The notes under the pieces are model-generated. The model was not told the origin of the DNA, did not search any database, and worked only from the letters and a program-made list of their open reading frames with translations. Below are positions 1 to 8,136 of a stretch of 64,000 nucleotides of DNA, one piece after another. Source of the stretch: Pirellulales bacterium. GTDB taxonomy: Bacteria; Planctomycetota; Planctomycetia; Pirellulales; UBA1268. How positions within the stretch are numbered: the stretch's first letter is position 1; each line of letters starts with the position of its first letter. Position numbers and translations under genes: made by a program. The stretch is taken from NCBI GenBank assembly GCA_044376405.1, contig JBILKZ010000003.1, forward strand, positions 4,895 through 68,894, read 5' to 3'.

Positions 1-3000
1 GAAGCCGTCCGGCTGTCGCTCCAAAGCATCGAGGCCTTCGACCAGCGTGCAGCGCTCTCCAAACAGCGGATCCAGGCGCTCGAACTACTCGACGTCATCC
101 GGGCGGAACTCCCCTATCTGGCGGCATGGTGGGTCGAGGAATCGCGACACGCTGCCCGCCAGCCGAGCGACATGGAGAGCGGGAGCCTGCGCACGAAGCC
201 GGACGACATTGTGGCGCTGCTGCTGGCGTTGGAACAACTCGAACTGACTGTCGACGCGGCCGCGGTGGCCGCGGGCGACCAGGAGCCCGCGGCGGCGCCC
301 TCGACCGGCAACATCGACGAAGTGCGGGCCCGCTGCGAGGCGTTGTTCACGGCGATCAAGTCGGTCTACCTGGAGAGGTGCGCCGACCTGGCCACGCAAG
401 CCCCCGACAGCCCGCGCACACACGGTGCCATCCGCCGTGTACTCACGCTGCCATTGGCGCAAGGGGATCTGCGGATGCGGCTGCTGCGGCGTGCGGAAAC
501 TCTTGATCGTCGCCACGCTGCCCTGATGGCCCGCGCGGACTCGCAGAACGACGATCCGCTCCCGCCGATCGACCAGGCAGCAGCCGTGGCGGGATGGGTG
601 CCCTGGCGGAACGCGATGATGAATCCAGTGCTCCCCATCATCGCGGCGAACCCGTTCGGCACGCCAACATTGCCCACGTCGGCAGCGGACATCGCCACAA
701 GCGTCGGTCGTCAGGTGACGGCCGTCCGGTCTTCTGCGCGATCCCTTCCCTCGGTCATCGCCGACTTCGACCGCCAGCGTGCCGAGTTGGAGATCGGCAG
801 CCGCGACAGTGATGCCCGGGTGCTCGAACTGCTCATGCGTGGGAGCCGCGTGAGCCGTCGTCTGGCCGCCGTGGCTGGTCAGCGTCCGCGGATCACTGAG
901 GGCGCGACGCCCACGCGACGCTACTTCGCCGCGGCGTGGCACAAACGGCTGATGCAACACGCCGAGATGACGCTGGAAGAGTTTTGGGGCGGCGTTGAAC
1001 CGGATGAACCGGTCTACTGCTTCCACAAGGCCCGCGTGTTGATCGAGTCGGCAGCAGAGATCGTCAGGAGCAATAGTGTCGTCTTTGGAGACCGCGAACG
1101 CGCCCGTCTGACGGCGAAGGTCGATGCGCTCGCCTCACAGTGGAGCGGGTTCGCCGACCTCGACATAACTCCCAACCGGCTCATTCTGCCGTCGGCGAGC
1201 GGCGTCGAGGCCCCGCGAAATAAAGTCAGCCTCACCGCCCATCCGGGCGTGCCGTCCGGCCTTGCCGCGTTGTGGCTCTCCGAGTCGGTGGAGGGCCGGC
1301 CGCTCGAGCTTCTTCAGAGTCAGGCCGTTGATGGATCCCAAGGGGCCGCTCGTCAGGGCTTCGCCAGCCGAGCGGGCGTGCCGGTGTCTTCGCCGCCCGA
1401 GGAAGCATCCTGGCAACTCGATCCCACGGCCGCCCGCAGCATCGAGTTGAACCGAACGGCCGTTCTCGACCTGACGGCCTGGTATCGCGGCCACCGCATG
1501 GTCGTCGGTCTCCCGGTCGCGGCGGCGGCGGCCTCGCGGACGACCGAATGGGAGGCCTCGGCCGAACTCGCGACGCGGGTCACGGTCCGCGGCGACCTGC
1601 CGCAGGCACAATCAGTGGCGATCGTCTTCGACTGCTCCGGTAGCATGGGGCAGCGATTGGCCGACGGTCGGACCCGGCTCGACGCCGGGAGGGCCGCGGT
1701 CGCCGAACTCCTCGCGGGCATGGCCACATCCGGCCGGTGGGACGTGTCGCTCTGGCTCTACGGCCACCGCACCAAGTGGTCACGCAACAAGGATGGGAAG
1801 TATGTCGCGGGCCTCACGCCCGCCGGCACCGCCGCCAAGGCCAGTGCCGGTCGCGCCGGCCAGCCCTTCACGATGGTGCCGGGCGACGATGTGGAGCAGG
1901 TGCTGCCGATGCAGGCGCTCACGCGGGCCGTGGTGGAACGAATCAGCATGACGTTGTCTCCACTCGAGCCCGGTGGCGAAACCCCGCTCTATCTGGCGAT
2001 CTCGGAGGCATTGGCAACCGACTTCGACGGTGGCCGCACCGACCTGCCAGGCCACGTGCTCGTGGTGACCGATGGCGCGAATGACCAGACCGGCGGCCGC
2101 TACGTGACCGCATCGGCGGTGCAAGACCAGCTCGCGAGGAAGAACGGCCGCCGCCGCGTGCCTCTCAGAATTGACGTGGTTGGCTTCGGGTATGCGGCCA
2201 ATGCAACGGACCGCGCGTCGCGCATGGATGATGTGCGGAATCTCGCCACCGGCTCCGGGGGCCGCTTCTACGAGGCCGCCAACGCCGAATCGCTGGCCAG
2301 ATCGCTCCGCGAATCGATGCGGGTCATACGCTGGCAGGTGCGGGGGCCGAATGCGCCTCGGGAGACTGCCGGGCTCGGTGCGTCGCTGACGCTGCCGCCG
2401 TCGCTCGCAGGTCGGCCCCAGCCCTACGAGGCGGTGCTCGAGTCTGGAGCGAATCCGCCACGCCGCGGCTTTGAAGCGGAGGGCGGCGAGGCGATCGATC
2501 TCTTCGTCGGCGGTGGCGGCAGAAGACTCGAGTTCCGCCGTTACGATGGCGGCACGGAACAGGGTCTGCGAGATAGCCGCACGAACCTCTTCGCCTCCTC
2601 CGACCCACAGCGGCTGTTCTTCGTCGGCGGACATCTGGCCTCCCGGTTCGGCGACTCGGTCCGCTTCCCGTTGTCTATTCAGAATGCAAACGCCGCCGAG
2701 TTCTCGCCGCGACCCGTCGAGAGCTGGGTCGAGGTGGCGCCCCGCTCGAGTGACGGGGCGATCGGTGCCCCGTTCGTCTTTTATGATCTCTCGTTTCAGC
2801 CCAACCGCCCTGTGCCGGTGCTCGATCTTGTGGCGGCGCACTGGCCGCGATCGGCCGACCGGGCCGAGATCCGCGGCTGGTTCCGCTTCACGAAGACACC
2901 GCCCGACATCGCCGTGCCGCTCGCCGACCTGACACCGGGCGTAGAGCGGCGACTGGAGCTGGCGGGCCTGCCGGGGTCCGAGATCCGGGTCAGCCTGGCG

Positions 3001-3297
3001 CCGGCCGAGGCTGCCGACCATGTGCAGCTCTCTGTGCTGGAGAGCCATCCGTCCGCGATGGCGGACAAGCTGCCCTGCGTGCGGGTCTGCGTGACTCCTG
3101 GCTGCCTGCGGGCGGTGCACGTCGTCGAGCCGGAGACAGGCCGGGTGCGGCATGAATTCACCGTGCGTCTGGAGGGGGGCCGCATGCCGCAGGATGTGCA
3201 ACTGTTGATCACCGACAAACAGCGGGTGCTGAATGGGGCGGTGAGCGTGACGGCAGCGGGCGGTCTGCCGCTGGCCGTGCCGGTGCCGGCAGAGTGA
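1..3297 (+). CDS. von Willebrand factor type A (vWA) domain protein, 5' end probably outside window
   Basis: Frame 1 is open from nt 1, with no stop before the ATG at 172 used by the ORF track, so the gene likely starts upstream. It has a central MIDAS-type vWA signature AIVFDCSGSMG ... LVVTDGANDQTG. I recognise no other motif. Confidence 0.75.
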   Translation, partial: EAVRLSLQSIEAFDQRAALSKQRIQALELLDVIRAELPYLAAWWVEESRHAARQPSDMESGSLRTKPDDIVALLLALEQLELTVDAAAVAAGDQEPAAAPSTGNIDEVRARCEALFTAIKSVYLERCADLATQAPDSPRTHGAIRRVLTLPLAQGDLRMRLLRRAETLDRRHAALMARADSQNDDPLPPIDQAAAVAGWVPWRNAMMNPVLPIIAANPFGTPTLPTSAADIATSVGRQVTAVRSSARSLPSVIADFDRQRAELEIGSRDSDARVLELLMRGSRVSRRLAAVAGQRPRITEGATPTRRYFAAAWHKRLMQHAEMTLEEFWGGVEPDEPVYCFHKARVLIESAAEIVRSNSVVFGDRERARLTAKVDALASQWSGFADLDITPNRLILPSASGVEAPRNKVSLTAHPGVPSGLAALWLSESVEGRPLELLQSQAVDGSQGAARQGFASRAGVPVSSPPEEASWQLDPTAARSIELNRTAVLDLTAWYRGHRMVVGLPVAAAAASRTTEWEASAELATRVTVRGDLPQAQSVAIVFDCSGSMGQRLADGRTRLDAGRAAVAELLAGMATSGRWDVSLWLYGHRTKWSRNKDGKYVAGLTPAGTAAKASAGRAGQPFTMVPGDDVEQVLPMQALTRAVVERISMTLSPLEPGGETPLYLAISEALATDFDGGRTDLPGHVLVVTDGANDQTGGRYVTASAVQDQLARKNGRRRVPLRIDVVGFGYAANATDRASRMDDVRNLATGSGGRFYEAANAESLARSLRESMRVIRWQVRGPNAPRETAGLGASLTLPPSLAGRPQPYEAVLESGANPPRRGFEAEGGEAIDLFVGGGGRRLEFRRYDGGTEQGLRDSRTNLFASSDPQRLFFVGGHLASRFGDSVRFPLSIQNANAAEFSPRPVESWVEVAPRSSDGAIGAPFVFYDLSFQPNRPVPVLDLVAAHWPRSADRAEIRGWFRFTKTPPDIAVPLADLTPGVERRLELAGLPGSEIRVSLAPAEAADHVQLSVLESHPSAMADKLPCVRVCVTPGCLRAVHVVEPETGRVRHEFTVRLEGGRMPQDVQLLITDKQRVLNGAVSVTAAGGLPLAVPVPAE

Positions 3298-3336
3298 GGC
3301 CCCTGCTCATACCCCGTTTCGGCATACACTGACCGC

Positions 3337-4707
3337 ATGGACGCTTCGCCCCCCGAGCCCGCACCCCCTTCTCCGGCACGCGATGAACGTGTCGCGTCGC
3401 CCGGCACTGCCGCGGTCGTCGCCCTTGCGGTGCTGGCCTTTGGCGCCGCGGTCACGGTCATGGGGCCTGTGCTGCAGCCCTTCCTCGTGGCGCTGTTTCT
3501 CTTCCACGCTACGCAGTTCGGCGCGAAGTCGCTTGCCAGGCTGGGTATGCAGCCGTGGTCTGCCTACCCCGCGCTCATCGGCATGACACTCATCTTTTCG
3601 ATTCTCACCGCCCAGTTCGTCTACCGCGAGGCCGATATTTTTCGCACCACGTGGCCGCGATACGAGGATCGGATCACAGGCTATCTCTCCGCATGGTGGC
3701 CCACCGTTGCCACCCAATCGCCGCCGGCAAAAACGACCGCAGTGGAGAGCGACGGATCTCCGGCGCGGCCACGCGTTCAGCCCGGCACAACTCCGCACGC
3801 TGCCGACGCCGCGCAGGCGGCTGCGGTTCCGTCAGACGACACGCCCGCGGCTGACATCGAGCCACTGCCTGAGCAGACCAAGGATCTGCTGGCGACCGCT
3901 CCCGTCGCTGTCGAGAAACCGGAGGCGGCCGAAGCGGGCGAGGCCGATCATGTGGCCGAAGGTCACGCTGATGCCAAAGGCACGCAGAACGCAGCCACGC
4001 CGTTAAGGACACCGAGGGCCGTGGTGCGGCCCGTCCGCACGACGCTCGCCGAAGTTTTTCGGATCAGCTCGCAGGACGTGCTGGACTATGTCTTCTCGCA
4101 TGGGCTCCATGTTGTGGAGCTTTTCGTGGTGGTTTTCTGCTACCTCGTATTCCTGTTCCTCGGCAGTCAAAAGTTGAAGGCCCGCGTGCTCCGCGCCTTC
4201 CCCGGCGAGCGTGGATCGCGGCTGGTGGCCATCGGCGAGGGCATCACGGAATCGATGGAGCGGTTTATGGTGGTGAAGACGGCGGCGGGGGTGGGGATGG
4301 CCGTCTCAGCCGGCATGATCATGTACCTGTTCGGCCTCGACCACTGGATGCTCTGGGCATTTCTGTTTTTTGCCGCCAATTACATCACCTACATCGGCAG
4401 CATGGCGGCCTGTATTCCGCCGCTCGTGATGGCCTACCTCGACCTCGACCATGCGGCGATGGCGACGCTGCTCTCCGCGTTGATCGTGCTCAACCGCGTC
4501 TTCTGGATCGACTTCTTCGAACTGCGGATGTCAGGCAAACAGCTCAATCTCGATCCGACACTCCTCTTCCTCTGGCTCTCCTACTGGGGCTGGGCCTGGG
4601 GGATTCTCGGCCTGATTCTCGCCTATCCGATGATGGCCGCGCTGCGGATCACGCTCGAGCATCTCGGCGGCCTGCAGGGCTGGGCCCTGCTGCTCAGCGA
4701 CGAGTAG
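3337..4707 (+). CDS. AI-2E family (PerM/UPF0118-like) membrane transporter
   Basis: 456-aa ORF with several hydrophobic helices. The family-typical C-terminal half reads MERFMVVKTAAGVGMAVSAGMIMYLFGLDHWMLWAFLFFAANYITYIGSMAACIPPLV. It contains a long Ala/Pro/Glu-rich insert after the N-terminal helices. Confidence 0.8.
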   Translation: MDASPPEPAPPSPARDERVASPGTAAVVALAVLAFGAAVTVMGPVLQPFLVALFLFHATQFGAKSLARLGMQPWSAYPALIGMTLIFSILTAQFVYREADIFRTTWPRYEDRITGYLSAWWPTVATQSPPAKTTAVESDGSPARPRVQPGTTPHAADAAQAAAVPSDDTPAADIEPLPEQTKDLLATAPVAVEKPEAAEAGEADHVAEGHADAKGTQNAATPLRTPRAVVRPVRTTLAEVFRISSQDVLDYVFSHGLHVVELFVVVFCYLVFLFLGSQKLKARVLRAFPGERGSRLVAIGEGITESMERFMVVKTAAGVGMAVSAGMIMYLFGLDHWMLWAFLFFAANYITYIGSMAACIPPLVMAYLDLDHAAMATLLSALIVLNRVFWIDFFELRMSGKQLNLDPTLLFLWLSYWGWAWGILGLILAYPMMAALRITLEHLGGLQGWALLLSDE

Positions 4708-4738
4708 GGCATCGCCGGGCCGCAACACCACGCCGCCG

Positions 4739-5860
4739 TTAGGCGAGGATCCGCAGCATGCGGCGGAGCGGCTCTGCCGCGCCCCAGAGCAGCTGGTCGC
4801 CGATCGTGAAGGCGCCGACATATTCGGGCCCCATCGCAAGCGTCCGCACGCGGCCCACGGGGATGGTCAGGGTGCCGGTCACGGCAACGGGCGTGAGTTC
4901 ACGGAGCGTTGCCTCGCGGGTGTTGGGCACGACCTTCACCCACTCGTTGTCGGCAGCGATCATCGCCTCGATGTCGGCCACGGGCACGGCCTTCTTCAGC
5001 TTGAAGGTGAGGGCCTGGCTGTGGCACCGCATCGCCCCGACCCGCACGCAGAAGCCGTCCACCGGCACCGCCGGTGTGCCGAAGCCTTCCCCCTGCCCCA
5101 GGATCTTGTTGGTCTCGGCCATCCCCTTCCACTCTTCCTTCGACATGCCGTTGCCCAGATCCTTGTCGATCCAGGGAATCAGCGAGCCGCCGAGGGGGAC
5201 ACCAAAGTGAGCCGTCTCCGCAGCGGTGAGGCTCCGTTGCTTGGAGATCACGCCGCGGTCGATCTCGAGGATGGCGCTCTTGGGATTGTCGAGGAGATCC
5301 TTCACCTCGGCGTAGAGCGTGCCGTATTGCGTGAGCAACTCCCGCATGTGCTGGGCGCCGCCGCCCGAGGCGGCCTGATAGGTCTGCGTGCTCATCCACT
5401 CGACGAGGCCAGCCTTATAGAGCGCGCCCACGCCCATCAGCATGCAGCTCACAGTGCAGTTCCCGCCGATCCAGTTCTTCACGCCCTGCTTGAGTCCGCG
5501 TTCGATCACCGTCATGTTCACCGGGTCGAGGATGATGACGGCGTCGTTCTGCATGCGGAGCGTGGAGGCGGCGTCGATCCAGTGCCCCAGCCAGCCGGCG
5601 GCCCGCAGTTTGGGAAAGACTTCCGACGTGTAGTCGCCGCCCTGGGCCGAGATGATGATGTCGCACCGCTTCAGGGCGTCGATGTCAAAGGCGTCCTGGA
5701 GAACGGTCTCATTCTTGGCTATCGGCGGAGCCTGCCCCCCAGCGTTCGACGTCGAGAAGAAGAGCGGCTCGATCAGCGCAAAATCACCCTCGGACTGCAT
5801 GCGGTCCATCAACACCGACCCCACCATGCCGCGCCAGCCAACCAGACCCACCAGTTTCAT
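4739..5860 (-). CDS. asd: aspartate-semialdehyde dehydrogenase
   Basis: Collinear with E. coli-type Asd over the full length: [28 protein letters not shown] (active-site Cys) and [16 protein letters not shown]. Confidence 0.95.
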   Translation of the reverse strand: MKLVGLVGWRGMVGSVLMDRMQSEGDFALIEPLFFSTSNAGGQAPPIAKNETVLQDAFDIDALKRCDIIISAQGGDYTSEVFPKLRAAGWLGHWIDAASTLRMQNDAVIILDPVNMTVIERGLKQGVKNWIGGNCTVSCMLMGVGALYKAGLVEWMSTQTYQAASGGGAQHMRELLTQYGTLYAEVKDLLDNPKSAILEIDRGVISKQRSLTAAETAHFGVPLGGSLIPWIDKDLGNGMSKEEWKGMAETNKILGQGEGFGTPAVPVDGFCVRVGAMRCHSQALTFKLKKAVPVADIEAMIAADNEWVKVVPNTREATLRELTPVAVTGTLTIPVGRVRTLAMGPEYVGAFTIGDQLLWGAAEPLRRMLRILA

Positions 5861-5922
5861 GGACTCGTCCTTCGGAAATACGTTGGATACGTGAATGCGA
5901 TGATACTATCGCGCCGCCGGAC

Positions 5923-6384
5923 TCAGTTGGAGGGCGTGGTGGGCCCGGGAGTGGCCGGCTTCGATGGGGCCGGGTTGAGGTCGATCCACACCTCGTCGCC
6001 GACGGCTATCCTGAGGAGCGGCTCCGGGTCGAACTCCACGGTCAGACTCCCGCTGACGCGGTCCCACTGCACGAGCGTCACCTTGCCGATGACGGTCGTC
6101 GCGTTGTTCACGGTCCGGTAGACGGGGTCGCGAAGCGCGACGTTGGGTCGCACCGTGAGGCCGCCGTCCTTGCCCAAGTGGGCCGGCGTGTCGCCCGGGT
6201 ATTTCGCATCATGGCTGTCGATCACCTCGAAGAAGAACGGTGTGCCGTGCGGTGCCAATGCGAGGCTGGCCTGCGCATCGGCCGCGCGGACGCCTCTGGT
6301 GAGCGGCGGCCCGAGAAGTGCCAGGAGAGCCAGTGTCGGAAAGCAGAGTGCCAGCGAAACGGAACGGTGGTGAAATAGAAGCAT
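5923..6384 (-). CDS. hypothetical secreted protein
   Basis: The ORF track gives 5923..6423. I moved the start to the internal ATG, which gives a signal-peptide-like N-terminus MLLFHHRSVSLALCFPTLALLALLG. No recognisable domain. Confidence 0.5.
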   Translation of the reverse strand: MLLFHHRSVSLALCFPTLALLALLGPPLTRGVRAADAQASLALAPHGTPFFFEVIDSHDAKYPGDTPAHLGKDGGLTVRPNVALRDPVYRTVNNATTVIGKVTLVQWDRVSGSLTVEFDPEPLLRIAVGDEVWIDLNPAPSKPATPGPTTPSN

Positions 6385-6909
6385 CTGTGCCTCGAGGCTC
6401 GGGGAAATCGGTCCCCAGAACACGTTCGCCAGCCGCGACTATTCCGGCGTCATCGACTGGGGAATCGTGTACGGATGCTAATGGACGATGCATGTGAGCG
6501 CATAGACCATCGGCACATGTGGGTCACGCCGTGCCCGTAGCCTTCTTTGCCGGTGGAACCACGAGCGGTGCCACCAGTCGTCCCCGCAGTCGCATGGCCA
6601 GCAGTTCGTCCCGGATCGCCAGTCGCCTGACCAATCTGAGCAGGTTCTTGTTTGCAGCGACCATGGAAACGGACCCTTTCCCATAGAGAAAGAGAGGAAT
6701 GCACCCCAAGCCAATACCTTTGATTACGGCCGACGGGACGTTTTGTTCGGTGGAATCCGCATTGTTTCATAGCGTCTTCAGAGGGGCGTTTTTCGTCGAT
6801 TGAGGGGCGACGCCGCTGACATGGTGGCGGAGGGAGGACCTGGCCTGCCTTGGAAATCCTGATCCAGTCGGTATGAAGGTCTACTGCCCTACGGGCAAGG
6901 AGACTTTCG

Positions 6910-7194
6910 ATGACGAGAAGACGGAAGAAGCACCGCCCCGACGAGATCGTGGCGAAGCTGCGTGACGCGGACGCGATGCTCAACGCGGGTAAGGATCTGG
7001 CAGCAGTGCTGCAGGCCTTGGAGGTCAGCGATTCGACGCTTGAGCGGTGGCGTGCGCAGTACGGCGGGATGAAGTGCGAGGAAGCCAAGAGGCTGAAGCA
7101 CCTCGAGGATGAGAACCGGCGGCTGAAGCAACTGGTTGCCGATCAGGCCCTCGACATTCAGATGCTGAAGCACCTCTCGGAGGGAAACTGGTAA
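6910..7194 (+). CDS. IS3-family transposase OrfA (HTH/leucine-zipper part)
   Basis: 94 aa with the typical IS3 OrfA sequence ...STLERWRAQYGGMKCEEAKRLKHLEDENRRLKQLVADQALDIQMLK. Confidence 0.9.
   Translation: MTRRRKKHRPDEIVAKLRDADAMLNAGKDLAAVLQALEVSDSTLERWRAQYGGMKCEEAKRLKHLEDENRRLKQLVADQALDIQMLKHLSEGNW
7182..7188 (+). promoter_or_regulatory. candidate -1 programmed ribosomal frameshift heptamer G GGA AAC
   Basis: GGGAAAC fits X XXY YYZ in the orfA zero frame (gag GGA AAC tgg taa). The -1 frame is open from about 7170 and continues into OrfB. A possible stem GAAGC...GCTTC lies at 7205-7230. Confidence 0.6.
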
Positions 7195-7268
7195 GCCCTT
7201 CCCGGAAGCGAGCGGCGGTAGCTGAGCTTCAGACGAAGTTCGGCATCTCCGAGCGAAGGGCATGCACG

Positions 7269-8087
7269 GTGGTTGATCAGCCGCGGAGCAGTCAGCGATT
7301 CGAGGCCAAGCCCCGTACCGACGAGGCACCGCTCGTGAAGCGGATGCTCCAGTTGGCGAGGGCCCGGCCACGGTATGGATACCGTCGAATTGGATGGCTC
7401 CTTCGAGAAGAAGGATGGCGTGCAGGGTTGTCTCGGGTGTTTCGACTGTGGCAACGAGAGGGGCTGAAAGTGCCTGTAAAGAAGCGGAAAAGGCGACGAA
7501 TCGGGACGAGCGCAAACGGCTGCCACCGGCGTCGGGCCGAGGGTCCGAACGACGTCTGGTGCTGGGACTTCGTCTACGACCGGACGGTGAGCGGCAGCCA
7601 GTTGAAGTGGCTGTCTGTCGTCGATGAGTACACCCGTGAGTGCCTGGCCTTGAAGGTTGATCGTGGCATCACCAGCGAGGACGTGATCGACACGCTCTCT
7701 GAGCTCTTCGCGATGCGCGGGGTGCCCAAGCACATTCGCAGCGATAACGGTCCTGAGTTCATTGCCCACGCCCTCCGTCGGTGGCTTGGGCAGGTAGGTG
7801 TCGATGCTATGTACATAGCGCCGGGCAGCCCCTGGGAGAACGGCTACGCCGAGAGCTTCCACGGCCGCCTGAGGGATGAGTTCCTGGCAATGGAGATCTT
7901 CGATGGCGTCCGGGATGCCCGGGCGCTCACAGCTTCTTGGAGAGACGAATACAACACCCAGCGGCCACACAGCTCGCTGGGCTACCAGACCCCGGCCAGG
8001 TTCGCCGCCGCGTGTGCGGCTTCCGCCTCGGCCAAGGCCTCGGCTCCAGCCGCACACGCTGGTTCCCTTGGTCACCCCTGTTCCTAA
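7269..8087 (+). CDS. IS3-family transposase OrfB (DDE integrase core); probably expressed as an OrfAB fusion 6910..8087 by -1 frameshift
   Basis: The frame is -1 relative to orfA and is open upstream of the first ATG, reading VSPSRKRAAVAELQTKFGISERRACTVVDQPRSSQRF, which is typical of the IS3 OrfB N-terminus. Integrase-core motifs present: WCWDFVYD, HIRSDNGPEF, ESFHGRLRDEF. Confidence 0.9.
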   Translation: MVDQPRSSQRFEAKPRTDEAPLVKRMLQLARARPRYGYRRIGWLLREEGWRAGLSRVFRLWQREGLKVPVKKRKRRRIGTSANGCHRRRAEGPNDVWCWDFVYDRTVSGSQLKWLSVVDEYTRECLALKVDRGITSEDVIDTLSELFAMRGVPKHIRSDNGPEFIAHALRRWLGQVGVDAMYIAPGSPWENGYAESFHGRLRDEFLAMEIFDGVRDARALTASWRDEYNTQRPHSSLGYQTPARFAAACAASASAKASAPAAHAGSLGHPCS

Positions 8088-8136
8088 ACCCTCATATCGC
8101 CTGGCACATGAAATCCAACCCGGTCAGCATCGTCCG

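Larger units (their letters stand above)
6851..8117 (+). mobile_element. IS3-family insertion sequence (orfA/orfB, TG...CA termini)
   Basis: The left end TGGAAATCCTGATCCAGTCGGTATGAAGGTC matches the reverse complement of the right end TGGATTTCATGTGCCAGGCGATATGAGGGTT at 22 of 31 positions (hand alignment). Two overlapping transposase frames lie inside. Boundaries could extend about 10 nt outward on each side (6841/8127). I saw no clear target-site duplication. Confidence 0.8.

Noticed and set aside
6524-6709. Small minus-strand ORF (46-61 aa, MVAANKNLLRLVRRLAIRDELLAMRLRG...) in the 430-nt spacer left of the IS.
   Set aside because: Codon bias is plausible, but there is no recognisable family, no clear SD and competing overlapping ORFs. 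Evidence is too weak to call.
7876-8136. N-terminal 87 codons of ORF-track entry 7876..10656.
   Set aside because: This part lies inside the IS3 element, overlapping orfB in another frame and crossing the right inverted repeat. The real gene most likely starts at the first ATG after the IS (8137).
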